A DNA stretch of 63,983 nucleotides, filler included, from Octopus bimaculoides (lineage: Eukaryota), in the NCBI RefSeq assembly GCF_001194135.2. It is 7 parts of 6 records of this genome, joined end to end, with 100 filler letters (N's around TTAATTAATTAA, not from the genome) between each part and the next. Parts side by side here need not be neighbours in the genome. Positions count along the whole stretch, not along the records: positions 1 to 14,589 come from NC_068988.1; positions 14,690 to 37,134 come from NC_069008.1; 5 more parts are not named here. One strand, 5' to 3'. How positions within the stretch are numbered: position 1 is the stretch's first letter; every line of letters begins with the position of its first letter. The translations under genes and the position numbers were made by a program. The notes beneath the pieces were generated by a model. The model did no database searches. It saw only the letters and a list, made by a program, of their open reading frames with translations, and was not told the DNA's origin. This document shows positions 12,850 through 25,898 of this stretch, in pieces.

Positions 12850-14220
12850 AGAAGCATATAGAGATGATGTTAGCTGTGTTTACAAGGCTATAATACATAT
12901 TTATCAAAGATTTAAGTTGATGTGTACAGAAAATGTGGAGAGAAGACTGTAGAAGATGTTAAAAGAGAACTATAGATGTGTATAGAACGCTGCAGTAGGC
13001 TAGAGTACATACAATAATATTATAGAAAATTGAAACAAAAATGATTATACTAGATGTGAACTGAGTAAGACTTCAAAAGGATGCATAGAAGTATATAGTA
13101 TCTGTATATAACACAAGAGAGTAATTGTTTTTTTATTGAAAACAGTAATAGATGTCAGCAGAAAAAGTGGATATGTCTATAGAAATGTATAGTAGTTATG
13201 TAATGACTTTATATGAGTATAAAAGAATAATCTATTGATATATAGAGAAGAGTGTAGTTGATGCTTACAGAGCTATATTGTAGTATCTATAGAGGTAGAT
13301 TATAGTAGGTTTATATAGAAGAGGATTACAGTTGGTGTACATAAATGACCATTGTGAATGTGGTAAATGTGTGTAGCAGAGGACTATAGTAGATGTGTAT
13401 ATTAGTGAAGTATAGTAGCTGTATATGGAAATAGAATATAGTAGATGTATACAGAATAATAAAAGATATGTTTAGAGAAGAAGACTATAAAAGATGTTTA
13501 TAGAAAACCACATTAAATGACTAGAAAACTACATATTTTGAGATGACTAAAGTGTGTGTCTGTAGAAGAAGTGTCTAATAGATATCTACAGACGATGATA
13601 GATGTCTATAGAAGAATATTGTAAATGTATATTAAGAAACTGTAGAAGATTATAGAAGACTATAAGAGATAAGTATAGAAAATGAATGGTGTGTTTACGT
13701 CCCCGTAAGCTAGCAGTTCGGCAAAAGTGACCAATTGAATAAGTACTAGGCTTACAATGAATAAGTCCTGGGATCGATTTATTCAACTAAAGGCAGTGCT
13801 CCAGCATGGTCACAGTCAAAAGAATATGAGATGTCAATGATTGACTAATATAGACTTATAAATAGGATCACTATAGTAGATTACCATAGAAAATTGTAGT
13901 ATGTATGTAGAAGACTTCAGCAGATATAGTTAGAAAGATGTAGGTGATGTGTATAATAGAAAAATATAGTAAATGTCTACAGAAGAAGAGAAGAGTGGAA
14001 TCTATAGACCACAGTAGATGAGTGGAATCTATAGACCATAGTAAATGAGTGGAATCTATAGACCATAGTAGATGAGTATAGAAGAAAACTATGGGAGTGT
14101 ATTGAAGAATTTTTTATAGGTCTATAGAAATCTCTAGTAAAATTTTAAGACAAAGACAGTAGTAGTGTATAGAAGTTTATAATAAATGTAGATAGCATAG
14201 TATATACATATATAGATATG
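12850..14220 (+). repeat. Second large block of the TATAG-rich degenerate minisatellite, interrupted by a SINE 3' half (about 13688-13825)
   Basis: Units such as actatagtagatgtgtatatt, agtatagtagctgtatatgg and aatatagtagatgtatacag in tandem. Confidence 0.7.
13993..14077 (+). repeat. Near-perfect 27-bp tandem repeat, three copies
   Basis: GAGTGGAATCTATAGACCA(C/T)AGTA(G/A)AT repeated three times. Confidence 0.9.
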
Positions 14221-14276
14221 TATATCATTTGCAGAAAACATAAATCTGAAAGCACACTTAAAATGTATCAAAAATG

Positions 14277-14547
14277 GGGAAGACTGGTTTATGGGATTAC
14301 CTTAGGCTTCCTGACAATAAAGGGTTTAGCTTTATGGTGTATCGTCAGATCCCAAAACCTGTTGGCCCATGAGCTCTTCAAAACATCTTTCTGTGGAGTA
14401 GCCGATGTCAAATCTTTCCATATTTATGAGAGACCCATAGTTTCCATAAATACATACAATATTTTGAACAGGTCGTGGGCCAACAGGTTTTGGGATCTGA
14501 CGATAAGCCAAAGGAAATCTAAGGTAGTCTCATAAACCAGCCTTCCC
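14277..14547. mobile_element. Foldback MITE with long bipartite TIRs
   Basis: Outer arms gggaagactggtttatgggattaccttaggcttcc / ggaaatctaaggtagtctcataaaccagccttccc. Inner arms atcgtcagatcccaaaacctgttggcccatga / tcgtgggccaacaggttttgggatctgacgat (1 mismatch). Right end is followed by TA. Confidence 0.75.
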
Positions 14548-14582
<35 letters not shown>

Positions 14583-14633
14583 ATGTATGNNNNNNNNNNN
14601 NNNNNNNNNNNNNNNNNNNNNNNNNNNNNNNNN

Positions 14634-14645
14634 TTAATTAATTAA
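14634..14645. other. Assembly linker TTAATTAATTAA inside N runs (also 37179, 45042, 57524, 60075, 62905)
   Basis: The identical 12-mer, with stops in all six frames, is centred in about 100-bp gaps six times. Confidence 0.95.
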
Positions 14646-14689
14646 NNNNNNNNNNNNNNNNNNNNNNNNNNNNNNNNNNNNNNNNNNNN

Positions 14690-15024
14690 GTACCATCCTG
14701 AGCGTGACCGTTGCCAGTACCGCCTGACTGGCCTTGTAGGGTTTTCGAGCGAGATCGTTGCCAGTGCCCCTGGACTGGCTCTTGTGCGGGTGGCACATAA
14801 AAGACACCATTTCGAGCGTGGCCGTTTTCATGCGGGTGACACGTAAAAGCACCCACTACACTCTCTGAGTGGTTGGCGTTAGGAAGGGCATCCAGCTGTA
14901 GAAACTCTGCCAAATTAGATTGGAGCCTGGTGTAGCCATCCGGTTGCACCAGTCCTCAGTCAAATCGTCCAACCCATGCTAGCATGGAAAGCAGACGTTA
15001 AACGATGATGATGATGATGATGAT
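14690..15024 (+). mobile_element. Young RTE-related 3' end (LINE tail or non-autonomous derivative) with (GAT)n tail
   Basis: gagtggttggcgttaggaagggcatccagctgtagaaa...aacccatgctagcatggaaagcagacgttaaacgatgatgat is homologous to the RTE 3' UTR at 12600-12848. CpGs are intact. The 5' part lies in a gap. Confidence 0.75.
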
Positions 15025-16596
15025 ATTTACATATATATATGTAACATATGGTATAATTATAAACAGAGCAGATTTTAGCCATTTCTCCACAGACTGCAAA
15101 AATGATGAACAACCTTAATCGATTTTCGAACCTTATTGGAATTTCATCAGAGGTATCTACATCATTCTGACAGTCTCCAGAGAAACAAGCAGATATATAT
15201 TCTTTAATTCTTTTATAATTTTCACAACACCATTTTGCTGAGTCAGCCATTGATTCATATGGTAAATACTATATACTGACAGTTGGGATTTAGCCAAACC
15301 ATCCAGTGATGGAGTAGTCACCACTGATGAGCTTTAATTTTAAGCAAAATTAGACTAGTATGGTGATCTCACTCACTGTGGGATGGTTATCTCCCTTGTC
15401 AGAGCATAGTCATGTGCTTCTTTGTGGCTCTAAGGGTTTTTAACTTTCATTTCTAACAACGTAGGTTTTATATTGTGTGTAGCCACCTTTGTTAATTCAT
15501 ATAAAGCAAATAAGTAACAAGGATGTCCAGGTATCAGTGCATTACAGCCATTTTAAGCGGCTCCATTTAATCAATGAATGAAAATATTACATCAGTTTTA
15601 AATAAACCGTTCTCCTTGGAAGCAGACAACCATATAGATTTCCAACAAACAGGATATTATTTTTTTAGCAAATTTTCATCAGTACAAGAGACAAACATAA
15701 TTACATTATTTCTCCTTGCTATTTTTGTGGCAGAATGAATTTAGGGAAGAAAATGTATATCTAAAGCCTACTATAATTCAGAGTGGAAGAGGAAAAATGA
15801 TGGGGAGTCAAGAAAGAGGAATGGTGGATATAGCTACATTTATGTTTATCTTTATCACATTCAAAAGACTTAATGCAGCATGCTGTCTACAACCCCTTAG
15901 AATTAAATCCATTGGGAATTGACAGTTAAGTTCTTGCTGGTGGTGATAAATTAATTAACATCAGATACTCTCACCTGGCCGCTATATTACTAGGACTATA
16001 TATCCAGCCCTTATCTGCATAAAAGGATATGTCTCAGAGTTGCTAGTAAGATAACGACAGATAGAGAATAGGTGATAACTAGAAAGAAGAAGGACAGGGG
16101 AGGCTAAACAAATTACGATTATCAACTAAAAGGGGAACAAATTGGAAACCAAAAGAGGTCAAAATGTGTTCTATGTGTAGGAATTAAAAATGAGGGTAAC
16201 GGGGTATATCCTAATTTAGCAAAATTTATATATTAGAATTTAGAAAAGGATATTAGAACTTTGTGAGAGTAAAAGGACAGATAAATCAACCTAAACCTTA
16301 AAAGTTGGTTACTTTAATATATAAGAGACAGTTCATAAGGCATTTTCCTAGCATATGGCTAAGTTGGTCATGCTAAATCTATTCAACAATGAACCTATTA
16401 TTAAATTAAGATATTATCAGAGTAGGAGTACACAGTTTACATTGAATCAAAACCAGAGATTAAAGGCCAAAAAATAAGATATTTCTATATCAGGTAAACT
16501 TATTTTTTTTTTAAATCTTGAAAAAAAATAGTTTTATATAAGAAATTACCAGCATTATGAAAAAACCATGAAGAGATATATGAAGGTATAACAATA

Positions 16597-16637
<41 letters not shown>

Positions 16638-16793
16638 CGTAGAAATATCATATATATATATATATANNNNNNNNNNNNNNNNNNNNNNNNNNNNNNNNNN
16701 NNNNNNNNNNNNNNNNNNNNNNNNNNNNNNNNNNNNNNNNNNNNNNNNNNNNNNNNNNNNNNNNNNNNNNNNNNNNNNNNNNNNNNNNNNNNN

Positions 16794-18628
16794 TTTGGCT
16801 GTTGTTTCTAGCAAATTTTATATTTCTTCCCTTCTACCTGGAACAGCGTTCTTACACACGCGCTCAACAGAGAGAGAAAGTGATACATACAACGTCATAG
16901 ATTAAACTTTCTTCTCAGTATTCTTTACTTATTTTTCATAACATTGATACGTAAAAACACACACAACCACACATACGTAATCTGTGACAACAACATACAC
17001 ATTGCTCCAGTTCTCTATCTCTCCCTCTTCCTCTCTTCCTCTCTCGCTCTCTCAAACGCATACATGTGCAAGTAAACACAATCATTCACGTTCGTCAATG
17101 TGGCATAACTACAGAGTTGTACCCACCGACTTTAGAAGGTCATAACTTTCAGAAAAATGAATATTTTTTCTGAAATTTTCTATGCATATATTATTTATTA
17201 TGTAGATTGCGAATATACAAAAATTTTCGGTGAAAGTGTTTTGGGACAATTTTCGGAAATTCCACTTAAATTCCTCTTAAATTTCAGGAAAATGAATATT
17301 TTTTCGTGAAATTTTCTACAAATATACCTTGATGCATGTACATTTCGAGCATGTAGGAATTTTGAAGGAAACAAATGCAGGTTATTTTTGAAAAGTGTTC
17401 CCCACTCGGTGGTGTTTCGGAGCAAGTCGTCCATATTTGCTTCATTTTTCTCTATTATGTGCGTATGTGCATCCTTAGATTTCTAATGAAGTAATAGGCA
17501 GTGAAGAGACGCCGTCATAAGAAAAATTTTAACTACCTCTATTCCTTTCTCTCTCTCTCTCTACCTCTTCCTCTCTCAAACGCATACACGTGCAAGTACA
17601 CAATCATTCAGTAAAATATAACTCATGTTCGTCAATGTTTTGTAAATATACCACGATTTTCACTAGGGTGTTAGGGTTAGGGTTTTAGGGTTAGGGTTAG
17701 GGTTTAGGGTTAATGTTAGGGTTAGTGTTAGGATTAGGTTTAGGATTAGGGTTGGGTAATCGTGTGGGTGTTAATCTGAAAAATTACAGATGTGTGAAAA
17801 CTACCGACCCTCCCATCTATTATAACTTNNNNNNNNNNNNNNNNNNNNNNNNNNNNNNNNNNNNNNNNNNNNNNNNNNNNNNNNNNNNNNNNNNNNNNNN
17901 NNNNNNNNNNNNNNNNNNNNNNNNNNNNNNNNNNNNNNNNNNNNNNNNNNNNNNNNNNNNNNNNNNNNNNNNNNNNNNNNNNNNNNNNNNNNNNNNNNNN
18001 NNNNNNNNNNNNNNNNNNNNNNNNNNNNNNNNNNNNNNNNNNNNNNNNNNNNNNNNNNNNNNNNNNNNNNNNNNNNNNNNNNNNNNNNNNNNNNNNNNNN
18101 NNNNNNNNNNNNNNNNNNNNNNNNNNNNNNNNNNNNNNNNNNNNNNNNNNNNNNNNNNNNNNNNNNNNNNNNNNNNNNNNNNNNNNNNNNNNNNNNNNNN
18201 NNNNNNNNNNNNNNNNNNNNNNNNNNNNNNNNNNNNNNNNNNNNNNNNNNNNNNNNNNNNNNNNNNNNNNNNNNNNNNNNNNNGTACCAACAGATCGCCA
18301 GCAATTGCTTCATCACAAATTGCCGTCCTAGCTTCTGCGAAAAGGGATTACCCTGCTATGTATAATCAGGGCAGCGCAAAAAGTTGTTTTGCACAAGTAT
18401 TTCTATAGCCAATTAGACGGATGAAATTTACGTACACTTAATAATGTTATGCAAAACAGCCTTCAGACTTTCCCTATTAATTTCATCGTCTTTTGAATTA
18501 TGAACTTATTTACATCATAAAGGTTTTTTCGTTGTAAGGCTTTCTTTTTTAGTTGATTTTCACCTAGCAAGACTTATCGTAGATGGCGTAATAAGTCACA
18601 CCCGGACAAGGTCGGGTTATACTGCTAG
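16794..18628 (+). mobile_element. Non-autonomous Helitron-like element (3' end clear, 5' boundary uncertain, spans a gap)
   Basis: 3' end ACCCGG-acaagg-TCGGGT hairpin, then tatactg-CTAG|T at 18625-18629. Internal duplicated blocks (ctctcaaacgcatac..gtgcaagta..cacaatcattca at about 17050 and 17573). CpG-rich relative to flanks. Confidence 0.55.
17663..17756 (+). repeat. Interstitial degenerate (TTAGGG)n tract
   Basis: ttagggttagggttttagggttagggttagggtttagggtt... Confidence 0.85.
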
Positions 18629-19224
18629 TGTAATATAAGATAAAAGAATAAAAACAAATAAAAGACAGGAAATTTTTGTATAAAATTTTAATAAGGAATT
18701 TATAAAATGAAAAAATAAAAATAAAAGTTTCACATTGCAAATGCCATAAAATGTATAACAGATATAAAAAGGGATAAAAAATAAAAAATAAAAGGATAAG
18801 TCAAGGTATGAATAACAAAAGCTAATTAAAAGATAAAGATACCATTGGAGATGGTTTTATAAAATCTTTGTTAAAATATATTATTATAGACTTTATTATA
18901 GTATTTTACAAATTTCGTATTTCGTGAGTTTGAAAACCAGTGATGCATTGTTACACAGTACTTCTCCAGTCCACCCAGGTGGCAAAAGTGAGTTGTACCT
19001 GTAATTCACAAGGGTCAATCTTGTATATATATATATATAAATTCTACAAAAGGATATTTGCATTTACTTGTCATGAGGATTTACCTGGGATCTGTATTCT
19101 GCTTTCATTTACTGGTGTCTAATTATTGAACAAATTCTTTTAATGATGAGTGCTTTATTGCTATCTACCTGTGTTCTTTAATCCCTCTTTTCCTTCTAAT
19201 TATATATGCATATATATATATATG

Positions 19225-19266
<42 letters not shown>

Positions 19267-19375
19267 CACACACATATATACACACATATATATACACACA
19301 CACATATATACACACACACATATATATATACACATATATATGTACATATGCATACGTATATATGTGTGTGTGAGA

Positions 19376-19426
<51 letters not shown>

Positions 19427-19593
19427 TATGTATGTGTTATTTAAAAAATATGTGTAATTTGTGTCAAATATGTTGAGTAACACTTTCTTTCACTTGTCCA
19501 CTCACTCTTGTTATACAATCATCATAACCAGTAACTATCATCACCTCTTCTACCACAACCATAATTACTACTACCTCTACCACCACCACCACC

Positions 19594-19648
<55 letters not shown>

Positions 19649-20154
19649 TTAACACTTATTACTATTTAATCACTCAGGACAGATTAAGATAAACTAGATA
19701 AAAACCAGGTCAAAATATGTGATATTTCATAGTTTATTACTTACAAACCCACCACCACCACCACCCACTCTTAACCCACACACACACACACACACACACA
19801 CATGTGGAGGCCTGTGTTTCTACCTCTACATAATTACGTGTTCAGTGAGTGTTTGTGTGATGTTGACTACTTCAGATATGATTATTTTGCTGACCCTCTA
19901 AAGAAATTCGTCCCATATTCACAATAGAGAACTTCTTATCGTATTCTATATCTGGGACAGTCGAGCTGTTTCAAACACAAAGATACAAGACCATGTTTCA
20001 ATGATTAGGGTTCTTCTCTTGGACCAGGAAATACCTTAGTTTTCGTCAGTTCAAATATCAGATCTATGTGACAATATCTATGGTTTGTCCCCCACCACTG
20101 CTTGACAACAGGTGTTGGTGTGTTTACATCCCTGTAACTTATATATATATATAT

Positions 20155-20192
<38 letters not shown>

Positions 20193-20936
20193 ATAAATGG
20201 AGCAAAACGCATGTCCATAAAAGTTCCTTTAATTCCTACATATGTTTCAAAATAAATGATAGTTCTTTCACAAAGAAGAAGGAGCTGATGGGGTTCCTCA
20301 TTTATTTCTCTTCAGGGAGTTCATAATAAAACCTTCTAACGGTCACTGACCATGTAACATCTCTGCTCGTAAGTTACCCCATCACTTCGTTTTTGTCTTG
20401 CTATTACATNNNNNNNNNNNNNNNNNNNNNNNNNNNNNNNNNNNNNNNNNNNNNNNNNNNNNNNNNNNNNNNNNNNNNNNNNNNNNNNNNNNNNNNNNNN
20501 NNNNNNNNNNNNNNNNNNNNNNNNNNNNNNNNNNNNNNNNNNNNNNNNNNNNNNNNNNNNNNNNNNNNNNNNNNNNNNNNNNNNNNNNNNNNNNNNNNNN
20601 NNNNNNNNNNNNNNNNNNNNNNNNNNNNNNNNNNNNNNNNNNNNNNNNNNNNNNNNNNNNNNNNNNNNNNNNNNNNNNNNNNNNNNNNNNNNNNNNNNNN
20701 NNNNNNNNNNNNNNNNNNNNNNNNNNNNNNNNNNNNNNNNNNNNNNNNNNNNNNNNNNNNNNNNNNNNNNNNNNNNNNNNNNNNNNNNNNNNNNNNNNNN
20801 NNNNNNNNNNNNNNNNNNNNNNNNNNNNNNNNNNNNNNNNNNNNNNNNNNNNNNNNNNNNNNNNNNNNNNNNNNNNNNNNNNNNNNNNNNNNNNNNNNNN
20901 NNNNNNNNNNNNNNNNNNNNNNNNNNNNNNNNNNNN

Positions 20937-21328
20937 ATCGTGGAGAGAAAAGTGTCAAGTTTTGTTTTGAAGACCTCTATATCCATGTCTTGCAGGTCTC
21001 TCAAATGTTTTGGCAAGGCATTAAAGAGCTGAGGTCCTCTGAAACCAAGGCTGTTGCAGTACCTTGTTCTTATGTGAGATGCAATGGACGGTACCCTTGG
21101 TACCATGCAGTGGCAACCTGTGCGGGCATTTGTGTAGTACTTGATGCCAAAGTTTGATACCAGTCCTTCCAGTATTTTCCATATGTATATTATTACATAT
21201 CTCTCCCGCCTGTACTCCAGGGAGTAGAGACCTAGTGCCTTCAGTCGCTCCCTGTAGTTCATTTGTTGGACTGTGGCGATCTTTTTTGTATAGTGACACT
21301 GAATTGGCTCAAGTTCTGCTGCCCGCAT
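20937..21328 (-). mobile_element. CR1/Jockey-group LINE, ORF2 C-terminal fragment
   Basis: ELEPIQCHYTKKIATVQQMNYRERLKALGLYSLEYRRERY...FRGPQLFNALPKHLRD..FKTKLDTFLS, a typical CR1 ORF2 end. Runs into a gap. Confidence 0.85.
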
Positions 21329-21559
21329 AATATATATATATGTAATTGAATAAGTTGTAGTTAACAAGAAGGAGTACAGAGGAGCATTTATTTGTAATCA
21401 CAATAATTTATCTCCATGCAATTTAGTTCTCTAGGTTTGCAGGCATTTGGTTATGTAACCATTTCACGGCATTATGAGATCTAGTTGTGTTTCCTCATGT
21501 GATATATAATATTGTACATATATGTATGTATGTGTGTGTGTATAGGCTTATGTGTTTTG

Positions 21560-21770
21560 TGTGTACTGATCTCTCCACCATCACTTAGCAACCGTTGTTG
21601 GCTTGTGTACTTCCCTGTAACTTAGTAGCACACCAATTGAGACCAATATAATTAGTACTAGACCTGAAAAAAAGAAAATCAACTAAGCACTAGGGTCAAT
21701 TTGTTCAACTAAAACCCTTCGAGGTAGTACTCCAGCATGGCCACAGTTTAATGACTGAAACAAGTGAAAG

Positions 21771-21814
<44 letters not shown>

Positions 21815-22011
21815 TTATTCTTTTACTTGTTTCAGTCAAATGACTGTTGTCATGCTGGAGCACTGCCTTAAAGGGTTTTGATTAAACAAATCAACCCCAG
21901 GACTTATTCTCTGTACTTATTCTATCAGTCTCTTTCACCAAACTGCTAAGTTATGGTGACATAAGCATACCAACGCCATTGTCAAGCAATGGTGGGGGAT
22001 AAACACACACA

Positions 22012-22047
<36 letters not shown>

Positions 22048-22395
22048 GGGCTTCTTTCAGTTTTTGACTGCTAAATCCACCCACAAGGCTTTGGTTGGCC
22101 CGAGCCTATAGCAGAAGACATTTACCCAAGATGCCACGCAGTGGGACTGAACCCAGATCCATGTGGTTGGGAAGCAAGCTTCTTACAACACAACCGCGCT
22201 TGTGTGTGTTTCTGACAACCAGTTATGGTTTGTTTACATCCCCGTAACTTAACAGCTTGGCAAAAAAAAGATTGATAGAATAATTACCAAGCTTAAAAAG
22301 AAAATAAGTGCAGAGGTTGAATTGTTTGACTAGAGCTTTCAGAGCAGTGCCCCAGCATGGCCACACCCCAATGACTGAAACAAGTAAAAGATAAA
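21560..22395. mobile_element. Cluster of three family-B SINE pieces in alternating orientation (+ 21560-21775, - 21810-22200, + 22210-22395)
   Basis: Tail motif ccagcatggcc..aatgactgaaacaag on + twice; its reverse complement cttgtttcagtca..catgctgg in the middle copy. Confidence 0.75.
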
Positions 22396-22829
22396 ATGAA
22401 ATTTATACATGAATTTCATATTTTTGTGAGATAATTTTTTGTCTTTTTCTGAAATATAATCCTTTTATTTGTTATGTATTTTTTAAGGTTAACCTAAATG
22501 TAATTGAAAGCCATTTACAAACAGCAAAGCGTGTTAAGTGATTGTGTTAAGTAAGTAGTAAGGCACTAAAAGAGAATCACTTTCCCCAGACACAATAAAA
22601 ACAAATTCCTATTAGTTGACTTAATTTGGTGTAAAATTATTTATACCAAGTTCAGCCAAGAGACTGTTACTATGAAATTTAATATGGTGGTGGGGAAGGC
22701 TGTAACTATATTTACTTAAACTATTTTTCATAATTTCACCCTGATGACAGGCATCACATACATGCTATCATATGTTATAAATTATTGTACAAAACGCTCA
22801 CACACACACACACACACACATGTACAGGT

Positions 22830-23075
22830 TTCAAATTGTGGCACAAGGCCAGCAATTTCGAGTGGGGTGGGTTAAATTGATTACATCAACCCTAGGGGGC
22901 TCAACTGCTATTATCTTATAGACCCGAAAGAATGAAAGGTAAAGGTGACTTCGGCTGAATTTGAACTTGGAATAGAAAGACAGACGAAATCTCTCTAAAC
23001 ATTTTGCCCAGCATGTTAACGATTCTGCCAGCTTGCCACCTTGATAATAATAATTATAATAATAATAATAATAAT

Positions 23076-23111
<36 letters not shown>

Positions 23112-23320
23112 TTTTTGCAGAAGGCCTGCAATTTTAGTGGTTGAGGTAAGTTGATTACATTGACCCCAGTCCTCAATTGGTACTTATTTTATCAACCCCT
23201 GAAAGAGTAAAGGATAAAGTCAACCTCAGCAGAATTTAAACTCAGAACGGGAAGACAGATGAAATGCCACAAAGCATTTTTCTCCCAGCATGCTAACGAC
23301 TCTGTCAGATCACTGCCTTA
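22830..23320 (-). mobile_element. Two tandem family-A tRNA-derived SINEs, CpG-decayed
   Basis: gaattt(g/a)aact(c/t).gaa (reverse-complement B box) and gattctgccagc head present twice, separated by (AAT)n. Confidence 0.75.
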
Positions 23321-24145
23321 TTTTTATTTTCTTTTAAAAAAATTGTCAACAGGCAGTTACGGAAAATTGAACCCTCTATCTCTCAGATACCAGCAAAGTG
23401 TTCTGCCTCATTAAGCTAAGTAGCCCCTCATGCACACATGCGCACACATGCACACACACACATGCACACACACACACACACACACACACATTATCAAACG
23501 TTATACAACACAACACCTTAACAATTGAGCCTTTTGTTTACGCAGATATTCTAATATATATTTGGTGCGGTTTCTTCCACTGGACCTGAGCTAAAACATT
23601 CTGGTCTAGTGTATCACATAATACATGCACCACCTAATATGTGTATGTGCATGTGTACATGTGTGTGCACTTGTGTACATGTGTGTGTATGTGAAGGTGT
23701 TTATATGTGTGTGTGTTTTATTCACTAATTTGTAACATTTGTAACATATGGCATAACAACAAATAATTTTCAACAGAATAACCATATATGTCCAGTGAGA
23801 AAGGACATCAGAAAGCCATGAAACATTTTCAATGTTACATAATACACACTCAGTGCTCCTTTTGAAACAGCTGTAGTACTTGACTCCCTTTCGTTTACTG
23901 ACTTAGCTATCACATTTCGAGTAACATTTGTTGATTTCTTTTGAGGATAAAATATTTTAATGCATTGGTTTATAAATTTTATTGATCTATTATTGATTCA
24001 TTTGTTTTCTATATAAGCCTTGTTTATGCTCAACGCTAACCAACTGCTAACCAACTGTTTGTATCATAATCGATTGATTGATCCTATAATATATATTATA
24101 TATTATATTGGGAGTTTTCTCTTGTAAATCAATTTTTGTGAACCT

Positions 24146-25162
24146 ATGGATAGATCAAAAATTTATGTTACTTATGAATATGAGTTCAGTCATAGAACCA
24201 ATGCATCCTAGACAACTCAAAAGATCAATGAGGTGTTTGGTGAAGATGTGGCAAATGAGCACACTGTATGTTGATGGTTTGAGAAGTTCCGGTCTGGTGA
24301 CTTTACTCTTGAAAATCAGCCCCATGGTAGACTTGAGACCAAGGTGGATAATGATGAGCTGGAAACTGTAGTGGAAGCAGCTACATCTCAAACTATGTGT
24401 GAGTTAGCTGCAAGATTTGATATTTCGATTCCAGCTGTATCAGACCATTTGAAACAAATCGCCAAGGTAAAGAAGCTTGACAAGTGGGTACCACATGAAC
24501 TGAACAAGAATCAAATGATACGTCATCTTGAAACTTGCTGTTCTTTGCTGTCAAAGCATAAAAGCAAACCATTTTTGCATTATACTGTTATGTGTGATGA
24601 AAAATGGATTATTTTCAACAATAGCAAGCGTTCTGCATGGTGGTTGGATAGAGACAAAGTGCCAAAACACAATTCAAAAAAAAATATTCACCAAAAAACG
24701 CTAATGGTGTCTGTTTGGTGGTCCAGCATTGGTTTCATCCACTACGGATTCAAGAAACCTGGTAAGTCAATTACAGCAGATGTAAACATCAACTAATTGG
24801 ATGAAATGATGAGTGAACTTGCAATAAAATAACCGAGGTTGGTCAATAGAGACAGGCCAATTCTTTTGCAAGACAATGCGCAACCACATGTTGCACAAAG
24901 AACACTACTCAAGCTACAGGAACTGAACTTGAAAGTATTCTCTCATCCACCATATTTACCAGACCTTGCACCAATTAACTATCACATTTTCCAGGCATCA
25001 GACAATTTTTGCAACGACAAAACTTCAACTCTGAAGAAGAATCAAAAACAGCCTTTTGTGATTTCATCCCCACTTGCTCTCCACATTTCTTTGCTGATGA
25101 CAAATAGGTTACCAATAAAATGGCAAAATTGTGTTGACAATTTAGGTGCATACTTTGATTAA
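24146..25162 (+). pseudogene. Mariner (Tc1/mariner DD34D) transposase pseudogene
   Basis: MDRSKIYV..WFEKFRSGDFTLEN HTH region, WVPHEL, MCDEKWI, LLQDNAQPH and PPYLPDLAPINY motifs. In-frame stops, frameshifts, and the third catalytic Asp reads Asn. TIR-like end cattcttaatgacctga at about 25222-25238 followed by (TA)n. Confidence 0.92.
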
Positions 25163-25239
25163 CTGCATTGCTTATTCTTGAGATAAAGTAAAATAAACTT
25201 TCAGTTCAAAATCAGACATTCCATTCTTAATGACCTGAA

Positions 25240-25274
<35 letters not shown>

Positions 25275-25277
<3 letters not shown>

Positions 25278-25655
25278 TCTTTTATTCTTTTATTCGCATC
25301 AGTCATTGAATTGTGGCCATGCGGCCAAACAAATTGACCCCAGGACTTATTCTTTGTAAGCCTAGTATTTATTCTATCAGTCTATTTTGCTGAACCACTA
25401 AGTTACAGGAACAGAGACATGCCAACATCAGTTGTCAAGCAATGGTTGGGGGAACAAATACAGACACACAAACATATACACATATACATACAACAGGTTT
25501 CTTTCAGTTTCCATCTACCAAATCCACTCAGAAGGCTTTGGTCAGCCCAAGGCTATAGTAGAAGACACTTGCCTAAGGTTCCACACAGTGGGACTGAACC
25601 CAGAACCATATGGTTGGTAAGTAAACTTCTTACCACACAGCCACTCTTGTGCCTA
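25275..25655 (-). mobile_element. Family-B SINE, near full length
   Basis: Reverse complement of the 6620-7015 element; ends accacacagccactcttgtgcc. Confidence 0.8.
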
Positions 25656-25834
25656 TATATCTATATATATATATATATTTATATGTACATATACATACAT
25701 ATATATACATATACATATGTAGATAGATAGATAGATAGATAGATAGATACATACATACATACATACATACATACATACATACATGCATGTATGCATGCAT
25801 GCATACATACATACATACATACATACATACATAA

Positions 25835-25898
25835 AGATTAGAGAAAAAGAGAATAACTACGCCGAGCTGCTGAGAAATTTGCATATACTCCACCCAGA
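25835..25898 (+). mobile_element. Short fragment of an R4/Dong-like LINE endonuclease domain
   Basis: REKENNYAELLRNLHILHP matches KENTYAELLRNLQQLY of the element at 55430-57418. Abuts a gap. Confidence 0.6.

Noticed and set aside
14634-14645. Identical TTAATTAATTAA islands between N runs (six times)
   Set aside because: Assembler linker with six-frame stops, not biology.
14960-15250. 96-aa ORF MADSAKWCCENY...HHHHHH
   Set aside because: The His run is a (CAT)n retroelement tail and the rest has no recognisable homology.
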